DNA of 64,000 nucleotides from Octopus bimaculoides (taxonomy: Eukaryota). This document shows, one piece after another, positions 12,469-24,938 of this stretch. Every line of letters starts with the position of its first letter. The stretch's first letter is position 1. The notes below the pieces were generated by a model, which saw nothing but the letters and a program-made list of their open reading frames with translations, was not told the origin of the DNA and made no database searches. The position numbers and the translations under genes were made by a program. Location: contig NC_068981.1 of NCBI RefSeq assembly GCF_001194135.2, forward strand, positions 168,101,371-168,165,370, read 5' to 3'.

Positions 12469-13574
12469 ACCTCTAATAACAATCTTTTCTTCTCTAGGTA
12501 CAAGGCCCAAAATTTTGAGGGAGGGGCCAGTCGATTAGATCGAACCAGTAAGCAACTGGTATTTAATTTATCAACTCCGAAAGGAGGAAAGGAAAAGTCA
12601 ACCTCGGCGGAATTTGAACTCAAAACGTAAAGACAGACGAAATACTGCTAATCATTTCGCCCGGCGTGCTAACGTTTCTGCCAGCTTGCTGTCTGACTTC
12701 TACTAATAATATGATAAGCATTGTATACCAAACAATCAAAAGGACTAGTAACAGAATAAAGATTCATCTATATTTTACACTTAAAATCTATTGAGTACGT
12801 AATTCAATCGTGCTCTTCTTTATTGTTTGAGCGGATGATGTATCTCTGATGAGACAAGAGTCGTAACATTTGGCTATGATGTTGGAAGATGTAACAATTA
12901 AATATACTTACACTGTTCATAACATTAATTTCATTTTTAATATGAATTACTACGACTTACATGCATCTATACATAAGTGTGTGTGTATTTTTAATATATG
13001 TATATATTATATGTGAATGTATGCGTACATGTATCTATATATTATATGTGAATGTATCTGTGTACATATATTATACATATATATGAGTGTGTATGTGTGA
13101 TTGCGGTTCGGCAAAAGAGACCGATAGAATAAGTACTAGGCTTACAAAGAATAAGTCCTGGAGTCGATTTGTTCGACTAAAGGCGGTGCTCCAGCATGGC
13201 CGCAGTCAAATGGCTAAAACAAGTAAAAGAATAAAAGAATGTGTGGGGGGTGTATACATATACATATGCATACATATATACAAATATAGTCATACCTATA
13301 TGTATGACTATATATGTGGGGGGAGTGTGTGTGTATGTTTGTATGTATCTATCCATCTGAGGAATAGACAAATGGTAAGAATTTGTTAAATCCGAAACCT
13401 GGTTCCTGTTTAATAATGATTTTTTTAGGTGATTTTAAATGTCTTGCCCGCTCACGTTTTTGGTATGCTGCTATATTTCATGTTGAGAACTTTTTAGGTC
13501 TTAATAGACACAAAATGTGATCTATTTCTAGCGCATTAATTGTCCACGTTAGTGGTCGACGTTATTTATCTATG

Positions 13575-13630
<56 letters not shown>

Positions 13631-13635
13631 TAGAC

Positions 13636-13671
<36 letters not shown>

Positions 13672-16257
13672 TCTTTCTTTTATTTGTTCCAGACATTGGA
13701 CTGCGTCCATGCTGGGGCAGCGTTTTAAAGAATTATTTTCGATCGTATCGCTCCAGTAATTACTCTTAAGTACTTGCGTGTATATGTATGTACCCATGTA
13801 TCTATGTGTGCGTGTGCGTGTGCGTGCGTGCGTGAGGGCACGCGCTAGTGTAAGTGTGTGCACAAGCATATTAATATTCGAGCGGTAATTAACATGTCAA
13901 TACAGATAGTGCGATAGCGTCGGGGCAGTCATATAGACGCACATTGTTATTAAAACCATCACAGCAGAGGTTTACCAAATCGATACGGTGAAATGTAAAG
14001 TATTCTCTGGAGAACCACTTTCAGAATTATCGTAGTGAATGATCTGCATATATAATATGTATTGCTAAACAGAATATTTGGTTACTAGAATGTCCACACA
14101 TCATATTAGTGAAGATATGCTGTCACGGCTCTTGTCATCACAATAAGATAACGGGAGAATCTCGACACGCTTGCTTGACTTGCTGAAATTTGTAGCGACA
14201 TCTCCCTCAAAATCTATCTTACATTTTTAAATAAGGAAATGACACATTGGTTAAATGTAGTCCTGTAATATTTCTGCTCTGTCAAGGCTGATCTCAACTT
14301 AAACAACTGCAGATGCGACAAACCACTCGACCTTATAGAAATAATAGCCAGATTTTCCTCTTATCACAACCTGACGTCTTTAAAAGAAAAAGGAAGATCA
14401 CATTTGGTGACGACGAGGGTCCCAGTTGACCTGATCAACGGAACAGCTTGCTCGCGAATTTATCGTGCAAGTGGCTGAGCACTCCACAGATACGTGTACC
14501 CTTAACATAGTTCTCAAGGAGATTCAGCGTGACACAGGATGTGACAAGGCTGAAATACAGGTACATCTCACTTTTGCTAACTGAGCAAACTGGGGCAACG
14601 TGAAATAAAGTATCTTGCTCAAGGGTACAAGGCGCCACCGGGAATCGAACTCACGACATTACAATCGTCAGCCGATTACCCTAACCACTAAGCCACGCTG
14701 ATGGAAAAGACAGGATAGTCATGACTGGAATGAATTTGATCATAAATCTAGTGGATCAATGATGACTTGGGGTTAAACAACAACAAAACATTCTCATTAA
14801 ATATATCTGAGAGGAGTTGTAATTAAGATTATAATTTTCGGCATTATTTTCAATAATTACATCTAGACTACTTTTTGATCTGTTTGATTCCTAATTGTCC
14901 TCCAGTGTCTTATTCCAGGATATGTACAGAGTGTCAAACTGGATTCAAAGTTGGCAAGTTTGTTGCTGAGCTTAAAGAAACAAAGGAAGCGTTATAATAT
15001 TTCTGATCCGGGGTACGCAATTGAGGCAGTATTAAACTAAAATAGCAATGTAACATACTTAATGTATATACACCGCTGATAGACCAGTTATTGCAGTATT
15101 CGTCCTGAGATAAGATTTCTTATGGACGTGCTGTGTTAAAAACATGATAAATATCGGAAGAAGACTAAAAATCGCCGCAGCAGCGTCGGTGACATCATCG
15201 ATAAAAGTATTACTCACCTTTGAATAGAAATAAAGTTTACAAATTCAAATCCAATCTGGACAGTATACACATTCAAGAACAAGATACCCGATGACAACAA
15301 TAGATCAAATCAACCGAAATATAAGATTGTAGCTGTAAATATTATAAATATACGTTCTACAATTAATAGTCCTAAAAATTATGATCAGATGGACATTATC
15401 ATTGACTTTGAACGGTACCGGGTGTTTCGTTATCCCTAATTAGCTAATACCTTTCCGAATCACTTGATTCTTTAGGCTTGGTTCTTATCTTTAAGTATTT
15501 AAAACACAAATCCTTCGATAAATATTTCCCCGATCAAGGCAGAAGTGAACTCTGCTCCAAAAGTGAGTGAAACACTCATCAGTTTCAGAACTTCTGATGA
15601 TGTTTAAAGATGATCAACTCTAACAATCTTACAGTATCTACATTGAACTTGGAGTAGTTCTACGGAGAGCTAAATACACTGATTAAGGATTTGATTCAGT
15701 ATTGGTCGTTTGATAGGAGACACTGATCTCTCAGCATAATATTCGATATTGACTGGCCATAAATGCCTGGGACATTAAATGACGGAATGGCCATAACTGG
15801 AATCTTTGGAGTTGTCAACCTTACTTGCCTTATCTCAGTCAGAATTAGGCGATGATCCAATGTTTACATCTTAATGTAGGTAGAATCTTGATTCATTAAG
15901 GTTTTCTTGCTTGCTACATCAACAATGTTAGTGCTACCGAAGCCTCGTTAACGGAAAACTTAATCAGAAGATTCTCATAGAAGAAACTGCCGCAGACATT
16001 TCTCGTATCAAATACATCGACATTGCTTCTACAGAATTCAAGAACATGTTACCACTCTAGGTTGACATAGGAGAGCTGGTCCACGGTTGATCTGACTTTA
16101 TGGAGATCCTTCGTGATGGTTATTACTGAAGAGGGTGATTGACGTTAAGTGATCGGTTTCCTTGCAGATCGAAGCCCATTCAAATCAGAGACTATGATTT
16201 AAAACAGAGGAAGTTAGTATTAAACATTCATTCTGCCGTAGTATTTTTATCACTTGA

Positions 16258-16293
<36 letters not shown>

Positions 16294-16919
16294 CATACAT
16301 ACATATATATATATATAATATATAGTAAGTGATTAAGCAATCACAAACTAGTTTTCTAGTTTTATTAGATATTCCATTGCTCTGTGCGTTAGATTCTCTA
16401 ACCTAATAAAAAAAAAACATTTGATAAATATACATATATTCTTTGAAGAAACCAAGCTCATTAATAAATTAAGTCAACACACATATATGCGTATGTGTAT
16501 GAATGAGTATATATATATATAGGTGTGTTAGTGTGTATAGTGCGTGTGTACTTATGGTGAGCGTACGTATGTATGTGTTTGTGTGTGTGCATATATATAT
16601 ATATATACATACATACGTATATACATATGTACGTACATACATACAAACATACATGCAAATATAGTGAGAATTTGCAAAAAACAAAAGACGAAGACGAGTG
16701 TGTAAACAACAAGCAGAGTATTAGTTTAACGCTCGGGAAGTGAGAAATTCTTTTACATTTCTAGCCATTGCTTTTCGACAGAAAGGAACACAGAAATAAG
16801 CAGGGAGAGAAAATAGAAAATATACATACATAAATGCATATATGTACGCATGCACGTGTGTATGTATGTGTGTACGCATGTATGTATATTTGCATGTGTA
16901 TACATACATACATACTCAC

Positions 16920-16974
<55 letters not shown>

Positions 16975-17826
16975 CCATTTTATTCCGATATACTTAGCTG
17001 AATAAACAAGAGAAATATGTTAACCAATTAAATATGCAGCTATACATATTCGCTAGCAAAATGACTGGGAGAACAAAAACACTCAGCGACATCTGCTGCT
17101 TTAAAACGTAATAGTAAAGTGGTCATAAGTATACCTGATGTACTAAACCGTGAAATTACACATTAAGTGATGAGAAAAGAGCTTAAGTATTTAACCCTTT
17201 CACATGTAAACCAGCCATATCAGGCTCAAATATTCTATCTATTTTATATTCCAACTGGTTAGATCTAACCTCTCCTTGACAATGTCGTTCCAAAAATAAA
17301 CAATCATATCATTGAAATTTCATAGCTATGAAATAATATAAAATTAATTCAAACCAGTGTGAATAAATAAACTTTACATATGAAAGAGTAATCTGAATGC
17401 TAAAGAGTTGATATAAAGAAAGAAAAGCGCTTAGCCGTAATGAATTCGATCAAGCGAGCACCAATATTGGTATTGATGGAAGCTAATATGTTACTAATGA
17501 AGTCGATAAACGAGATTGGATGGACAATTATTTGATGTGAACCAATAGAGGGGACTCTACGTGGTCGCCCGACCTGCGAGAAATAGCAGGCAAATCTATC
17601 TTATTGATGTCATTAAAATTTAGAAACTGCGACAACCTGAAATAATTATTTTGGGGAACGATGAATCTTGAAGCAGATAAAGTTATAAATAATAATGTAT
17701 AAATATTGGGTTGAATACGCTATAATTTATAGCTTTATGTACTTCGAGATTCAACGTTCCAAAAGAGAAATGTACTCTAATTTGCATCGTGCCCTTTTTA
17801 ATGGCTAATTGAATAGTGAGATCATT

Positions 17827-18244
17827 GTGGTTTTCGTCACTGTTTACAATTTTGTTTTCAAATTTGATATATGGATTAAGTTTTGTATACTAATTATGAT
17901 AATGAAATTCATTTTCCCTATAAATCTATAAGTAAAAAGTTATTAGCCTTTAAAATTTGCAAATTTTGGGTATTTTAGCCAATCAGAAGCGAGTATTTTA
18001 CACAGCACCGTGGCGAAGAACTGTTTCCATAGTAACCAAAGATGCTGCTCATGTGCACAAGGAATGTAGCCACCAAATCGAGTGTAATCAACAAATTGAG
18101 AGTACCTGGACATCTTTAAAGCGTGGAAACAAATGCCGGTGTTGGACACACCGTTCCATGGTTGACTCTTATCTTTGTAAATTTATGTGGAGAAGGAGAT
18201 ATGAGAAAGATCATTTATTTTATAAAATCCTAGAGTGCATTGCA
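17827..18244 (+). mobile_element. Merlin (IS1016/ISXO2-like) transposon remnant with transposase C-terminus
   Basis: 18089-18244 encodes QQIESTWTSLKR...THRSMVDSYLCKFMWRRRY...LFYKILECIA (IESxW...SYLxEFMWR motif). The upstream 230 bp is shared with 10840-11095. Confidence 0.7.
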
Positions 18245-18254
18245 AGCTTTCGTT

Positions 18255-18670
18255 ACTTACTTTTTCTTTTACTTGTTTCAGTCATTTGACTGCGGCCATG
18301 CTGGATCACCGCCTTAAGTCGAGCAAATCGACCCCAGTACTTATTCTTTGTAAGTCTAGTACTTATTGTATCGGTCTCTTTTTGCCGAACCGCTAAGTAA
18401 CGGGGGACGTAAACACACCACCATCGGTTGTCAAGCGATGTTAGTGGGGGGGAAACACAGACACACAAACATATACACACACATACATACATATATATAT
18501 ACATATATACGACGGGCTTCTTTCAGTTTCTGTCTACCAAATCCACTCACAAGGCTTTGGTCGGCCCGAGGCTATAGCAGAAGACACTTGCCCAAGATGC
18601 TATGCAGTGGGAATGAACCCGGAACCGTGTGGTTGGTAAGCAAGCTACTGACCACGCAGACACTCCTGCA
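18255..18670 (-). mobile_element. SINE family B copy; others at about 9385-9718 (-), 11900-12160, 13100-13240, 20711-20870, 31965-32358 (-), 42893-43272 (-), 52385-52868
   Basis: Reverse complement of the 37216-37703 sequence. Confidence 0.9.
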
Positions 18671-19025
18671 CTTAACTAATAAATGTCTGTTTTAAGCAAT
18701 GATTTGATTGTTATTTCTAGCAATTCTTGTTGGTTTGCTCGCGAATGTTTTAATATTAAGTTTGCTCGTGTATATTTTAATGTTTTGACTTATTTCTAGC
18801 AACCGCGAATATTTTCATGTGGTATTTCGCCTGCCGCTACTTTCTGAGTTCAAATTCCCCCGAGGTTGACTTTGCCTTTCATCCTCACGGGGTCGATAAA
18901 TTAAGTACCAGTTACGAACTGGGGTCGATGTAATCGTCTGGTCCCCTCCTCCAAAATTTCGGGTCTTGTGCCTATAATGCAAAGGATTATTATTAAAATC
19001 ATCATCACTACTACTACTACTTGTG

Positions 19026-19089
<64 letters not shown>

Positions 19090-19610
19090 CCGTTGTTTTA
19101 TGACTGAAATAAGCAATACTTTGTTTCATAGATATGAGGGGTATGTGATGGAAAGAAGAAAAATAAAAGGCAAACAATTTAAAATTAAATGAACCATGCA
19201 ATAGATTAAAATACATATAAATTTTTAATACCATCTACTTTCACAGAGCATATGGCCATCTTCGGATGTATTGTCTCTAAATAATGAATTTAATTCGTAA
19301 AGCAATTGAGGAATATAAAACTGTCTGTAAAAATATTATCATTCGACTATTTTTCTGAAGTGGTAGAATAGAAGAAACGTAGGTGGACAGTGCTTGTCAG
19401 TTGTCTATGTTACTTGTGTATTGGGTGAAAGTTCGAGATGAAAACAGTGATAAATGGATAGGGAGAAGAGGGGGGGGAACAGACAGTAGACAGAGCTCGA
19501 GGTGAAAACAGTGATAGATTGATAGATAATAGATAAGCAGAGAGATAGACAGACAGACAGACACACAGACAGACAGACAGACAGACACACAGAAGGACAG
19601 ACAGACAGAC

Positions 19611-19666
<56 letters not shown>

Positions 19667-19773
19667 CCTTTGAAAGAAATTGCTTATAACAACTTAGGAA
19701 GAAAAATTAGGAATCGCCATTCTTTCTATCTGTCCTCTCTCTCTCTCTCTCTCTCGCTCTCTCTCTCTCTCGC

Positions 19774-19835
<62 letters not shown>

Positions 19836-19946
19836 TCTATGTTTTCCTTATATTATGACACGCATATACACGCACATACAGTTACAGTCTTATGAACATG
19901 ACAACAGTATTGTCTGTGTGTCTGTCTCTCAGTGTGTATGAATGTA

Positions 19947-20376
19947 CAGGGTGTTCAGACTAAATCTGACAATTTGTAGAAAAGGAAAACTAAACACATC
20001 CCGTCCAAAAATAAAAGTAGTTTTAAAAAGATTAAAAAAATATCAACTAGATTATGGCTGGGAGATAGCAGTTTACTCAAAGTAGCCGCCCTTACCTTCC
20101 ACTATGGCCTCAAGACAGCTCTGGAATGGCGCATGCGTTCCTCACTGTGTCCCTGGAATGATCCTCCAACACTTCCTTGATCATCGTCAGCAACTCGGTC
20201 TTGGTGTTGCAGGTAGAATGGTTGGTGTCTTTCACAACCGCGCCCCACACATAGTAATCCGTGGCATTACCGTCGAGGGAATTAGGAGACCAGAAATTGG
20301 GGCTGGTGAAGTCATAGAAATTCTCCAAAAACCAGTTCTTTCTGGAGATATGACAAAGAACCAAATCCTCTTGTCA
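19947..20376 (-). mobile_element. Tc1/mariner (maT-like) 3' fragment
   Basis: Translation FWSPNSLDGNATDYYVWGAV...CNTKTEL (degraded WPPNSPDLNPLDYYVWG). TA-CAGGGTG terminus at 19945-19953. Confidence 0.75.
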
Positions 20377-21542
20377 TATATATTTGCCTTCTATCAGCAC
20401 GCTACGCAAAATGCTTAGCGGTATTTCGCCCCGTCATTACGTTCTGAGTTCAAATTCCGCCTTGGTCGACTTTGTTTTCATCCTTTCGAGGTCGATAAAT
20501 TAAGCAGCGAAGGACTTCGCTTTTGATATCTTATTTGTATCTCTTGAAAGACCTTTGGAATGATACAAGAATGTATTGAAACATTTGTACTATTGTAATG
20601 TATCATTTGGTTAATAAAAGCAATATCTACTCTACATCTGTACGTTATCAATTACTTCCTTGAGTTATAATCTATTCAATCCATGAATGAGATTTAAAAT
20701 GAATGTGTGTGCAGGAGTGGCTGTGCGGTAAGTAGCTTGCTTACCAACCACATGGTTCCGGGTTCAGTCCCACTGCGTGGCATCTTGGGTAAGTGTCTTC
20801 TACTATAGCCTCGGGCCGACCAAAGCCTTGTGAATGGATTTGGTAGACGGAAACTGAAAGAAGCCTGTCATATATATGTATATGTGTGTGTGCGTGTGTT
20901 GTGTAAACACACACATATATACAATACATATGTAAGCATGTATACATTTTTGCATACATATTTACATGAATAAATGCAAATTTACATGTAATTTATGTAA
21001 ACTCACAAAATAAACTAAGCAAGTAANNNNNNNNNNNNNNNNNNNNNNNNNNNNNNNNNNNNNNNNNNNNNNNNNNNNNNNNNNNNNNNNNNNNNNNNNN
21101 NNNNNNNNNNNNNNNNNNNNNNNNNNNNNNNNNNNNNNNNNNNNNNNNNNNNNNNNNNNNNNNNNNNNNNNNNNNNNNNNNNNNNNNNNNNNNNNNNNNN
21201 NNNNNNNNNNNNNNNNNNNNNNNNNNNNNNNNNNNNNNNNNNNNNNNNNNNNNNNNNNNNNNNNNNNNNNNNNNNNNNNNNNNNNNNNNNNNNNNNNNNN
21301 NNNNNNNNNNNNNNNNNNNNNNNNNNNNNNNNNNNNNNNNNNNNNNNNNNNNNNNNNNNNNNNNNNNNNNNNNNNNNNNNNNNNNNNNNNNNNNNNNNNN
21401 NNNNNNNNNNNNNNNNNNNNNNNNNNNNNNNNNNNNNNNNNNNNNNNNNNNNNNNNNNNNNNNNNNNNNNNNNNNNNNNNNNNNNNNNNNNNNNNNNNNN
21501 NNNNNNNNNNNNNNNNNNNNNNNNNNNNNNNNNNNNNNNNNN

Positions 21543-21605
<63 letters not shown>

Positions 21606-22221
21606 TCTCTCTCTCACTCACTCACTCCCTTTCTCTGAACACTCACGAAATGTCAGATATTTCTTCCCCGAGACAGACGAACTTCTTCGAGCTCAATAAT
21701 TTCAACCTCATGTGTATATGTGTGTGTGCGTGTGTTGTGTAAACACACACATATATACAATACATATGTAAGCATGTATACATTTTTGCATACATATTTA
21801 CATGAATAAATGCAAATTTACATGTAATTTATGTAAACTCACAAAATAAACTAAGCAAGTAATAGTATACATATTAAAATATAGTATATATTTACTGGGA
21901 CGCAATTTGCCTTTCTGAAAACTGATTGCATTATTAAAAGTGCAACCAGAGCTGTTGTCTATCGGAAATAAATAAAACAAACTTGAATTTACCCACATTG
22001 TGTACAATCACAACAACAACAACACCAACATAAATTATGAAGTATAAAATTTACTTCAAACTTCACCGAATTTAAATTCACGGCTAGATGATTTTGTTTT
22101 CTTACTTACCGTGCGTCGTTTGGTTAAATGAGGATGCCTTGGGAAAAGCATTACTATTTTTACATTTTGTTCCTTCCGCATTTAAATAGTGCTGTAAACA
22201 TTATCAATCACATATACTCAG

Positions 22222-22628
22222 TGTGCTTTGCTTGTTTACCGGTAGGCCGTGATTTAGTGCGGTGGGAATGACTCCCACAAAGCACCGAGAGTTAAAACAC
22301 CTGAAAATCATAGACAAGTGAGACATTGGTACTGCTTCTAATTCATATTTCAGTTTATTCTTGCGTACATATCATTGGGGCATACCAGAAAATGGTTTTA
22401 CATTATTTGTATATAATTCTTGACTGGGAATTCAGTTTTTCTCCGATTCGGTTCAGGTACGTGATGTCGATAAGCTACAAAAATGGCAAAACATCGATAT
22501 CCATCCCTCCTAATAGGATTTGGGACGAGTTGTATCACTTGTCTATGACTTACTGGTGTTTTAACATCCGGTGCTTTGAGGGAGTCATCCTCACCGCATT
22601 AAATCGCAGTTAACGAAGCAAAGCACAT
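22222..22628. mobile_element. MITE-like element with about 100-bp imperfect inverted arms
   Basis: 22252-22323 (atttagtgcggtgggaatgactcccacaaagcacc...) is the reverse complement of 22533-22606 with scattered mismatches. Confidence 0.6.
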
Positions 22629-22666
22629 ACATTGAAAATGTGTGGCCGCGAATATATGTATATAAA

Positions 22667-23290
22667 CGAGGTCTGATCAATACGTATCCGGACTGTTGCC
22701 ATACTAACGAAACTAAAGCACGCAAAGTAAAGTCGCTTGGCACAGATTAACCTTGAACTATCCTGTGCAAGCACACTAAGTTTTAACGTTCTAGCTTATT
22801 TCTGGTGTTTACAGCAGTGCTTGGAAGGAAAGTGTGTAGCGTGTGATCGTCGCATTGACCATAACAGAGAAAGTTGTCATGGCGATGCCTGCTCAGAGGC
22901 CTTCACAAAGGTGCAGAAAGTGAATAGAGAGGGGTGTATGAGCCGCACACAAGTGTACAAGTGATTCAGACGTTTCCAAGATGGCCGAAAAATGTCGATA
23001 GTGACGAACGCTCTGGGAGACCCGCAACCAGCAGAACTGAGAAAAACATCGCAGATGTGCGTGCAGCTGTGAGAGGAAATCATCGAATCCCCATCCGTGA
23101 GTTATCAGAGGATGTGCAGATCAATTACAGTTCAGTTCAGTTCATTATCACTGAAGATTTGAGTATGAGACGCGTGTCTGCCAGGTTTGTGCCAAAACTG
23201 CTTTCAGCTGACCAAAAGGATACTCGGCTTTCAGTTACACAAGATCTCCTTGATTGTGTTGAGAACGATGGAAACTTTTTGAAAACTTTA
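22667..23290 (+). mobile_element. Mariner transposon 5' portion (HTH region of transposase), pseudogenised
   Basis: TIR CGAGGTCTGATCAA. Translation SDERSGRPATSRTEKNIADVRAAV...RRVSARFVPKLLSADQK (WVP-like motif) with an in-frame stop and frameshift upstream. Confidence 0.88.
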
Positions 23291-24470
23291 CGAAGGCCTC
23301 TGATCAGGTATTGTCAAGCTTTTGGCAAAANNNNNNNNNNNNNNNNNNNNNNNNNNNNNNNNNNNNNNNNNNNNNNNNNNNNNNNNNNNNNNNNNNNNNN
23401 NNNNNNNNNNNNNNNNNNNNNNNNNNNNNNNNNNNNNNNNNNNNNNNNNNNNNNNNNNNNNNNNNNNNNNNNNNNNNNNNNNNNNNNNNNNNNNNNNNNN
23501 NNNNNNNNNNNNNNNNNNNNNNNNNNNNNNNNNNNNNNNNNNNNNNNNNNNNNNNNNNNNNNNNNNNNNNNNNNNNNNNNNNNNNNNNNNNNNNNNNNNN
23601 NNNNNNNNNNNNNNNNNNNNNNNNNNNNNNNNNNNNNNNNNNNNNNNNNNNNNNNNNNNNNNNNNNNNNNNNNNNNNNNNNNNNNNNNNNNNNNNNNNNN
23701 NNNNNNNNNNNNNNNNNNNNNNNNNNNNNNNNNNNNNNNNNNNNNNNNNNNNNNNNNNNNNNNNNNNNNNNNNNNNNNNNNNNNNNNNNNNNNNNNNNNN
23801 NNNNNNNNNNNNNNNNNNNNNNNNNNNNNNNNNNNNNNNNNNNNNNNNNNNNNNNNNNNNNNNNNNNNNNNNNNNNNNNNNNTATATATATATATATATA
23901 TATATATAATAGATCAGGAGTCGAGTGAATCAGGCACTTAAATGGTAAGGCACCAGGTGGGGTCGAAAAGTAAAATATGTACACAACAAAAAAGAGGAAT
24001 ACATACGCGGGTACCGAAGTACAAACAGAAAGATATTCAGGTTATGTATACGATTAACTGTACCCGACTGAGTATATCATGAGCCCTGCAGCTAATCAGG
24101 AAACGCACATTGTACTAAATGTACGGTCCATAATATACTTCGGATCTACGCAAGGAGCAAGTTCCGAGTGGGGTGAATAGTAAATAATAAATAACAATAG
24201 ATGGATAATGTTTCGATCCACTACAGCTGTTTACAACGACTTTTTAATCGATTAATGGAGACATTACATCGTTAGAAAAATCCGTTTTTATCAGGTGAAT
24301 ACATGAATCGCAACATTCAAAATCATTCAAAAGCGAACAGCATGTACACCTTCATGATTTTATGACCTTTGCCTAGGCTTTTTCTAGTTATGTAACGTCT
24401 CCAATAATCAATTAAAAATTCGTTGAAAACAGCTGTAGTAGGTTGACACATTAGCCATCTGTCGTTCTTA

Positions 24471-24524
<54 letters not shown>

Positions 24525-24617
24525 TAATCGAAGTGTACAACCTACTCTTGACAAATATACGAGTACATATCTTTTCTGACTTTTGGATTCTTAGACTGTT
24601 ATAATAATGTTTGTGTA

Positions 24618-24697
<80 letters not shown>

Positions 24698-24828
24698 GAG
24701 ATAGATATACACATACATATGTATATGTATGCATGTATGAATATAAGTTTGTGTGTGTAAATGTATATATGTATGTGTGTATGTATACACATACGTACAT
24801 ACACAGGTGTGTGTGTATGTGGGTGTGT

Positions 24829-24938
<110 letters not shown>

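Noticed and set aside
20877-21862. Identical 150-bp segments (20877-21026 and 21713-21862) on either side of a gap
   Set aside because: Perfect identity next to an N run points to a haplotype or scaffolding artefact rather than a real duplication.
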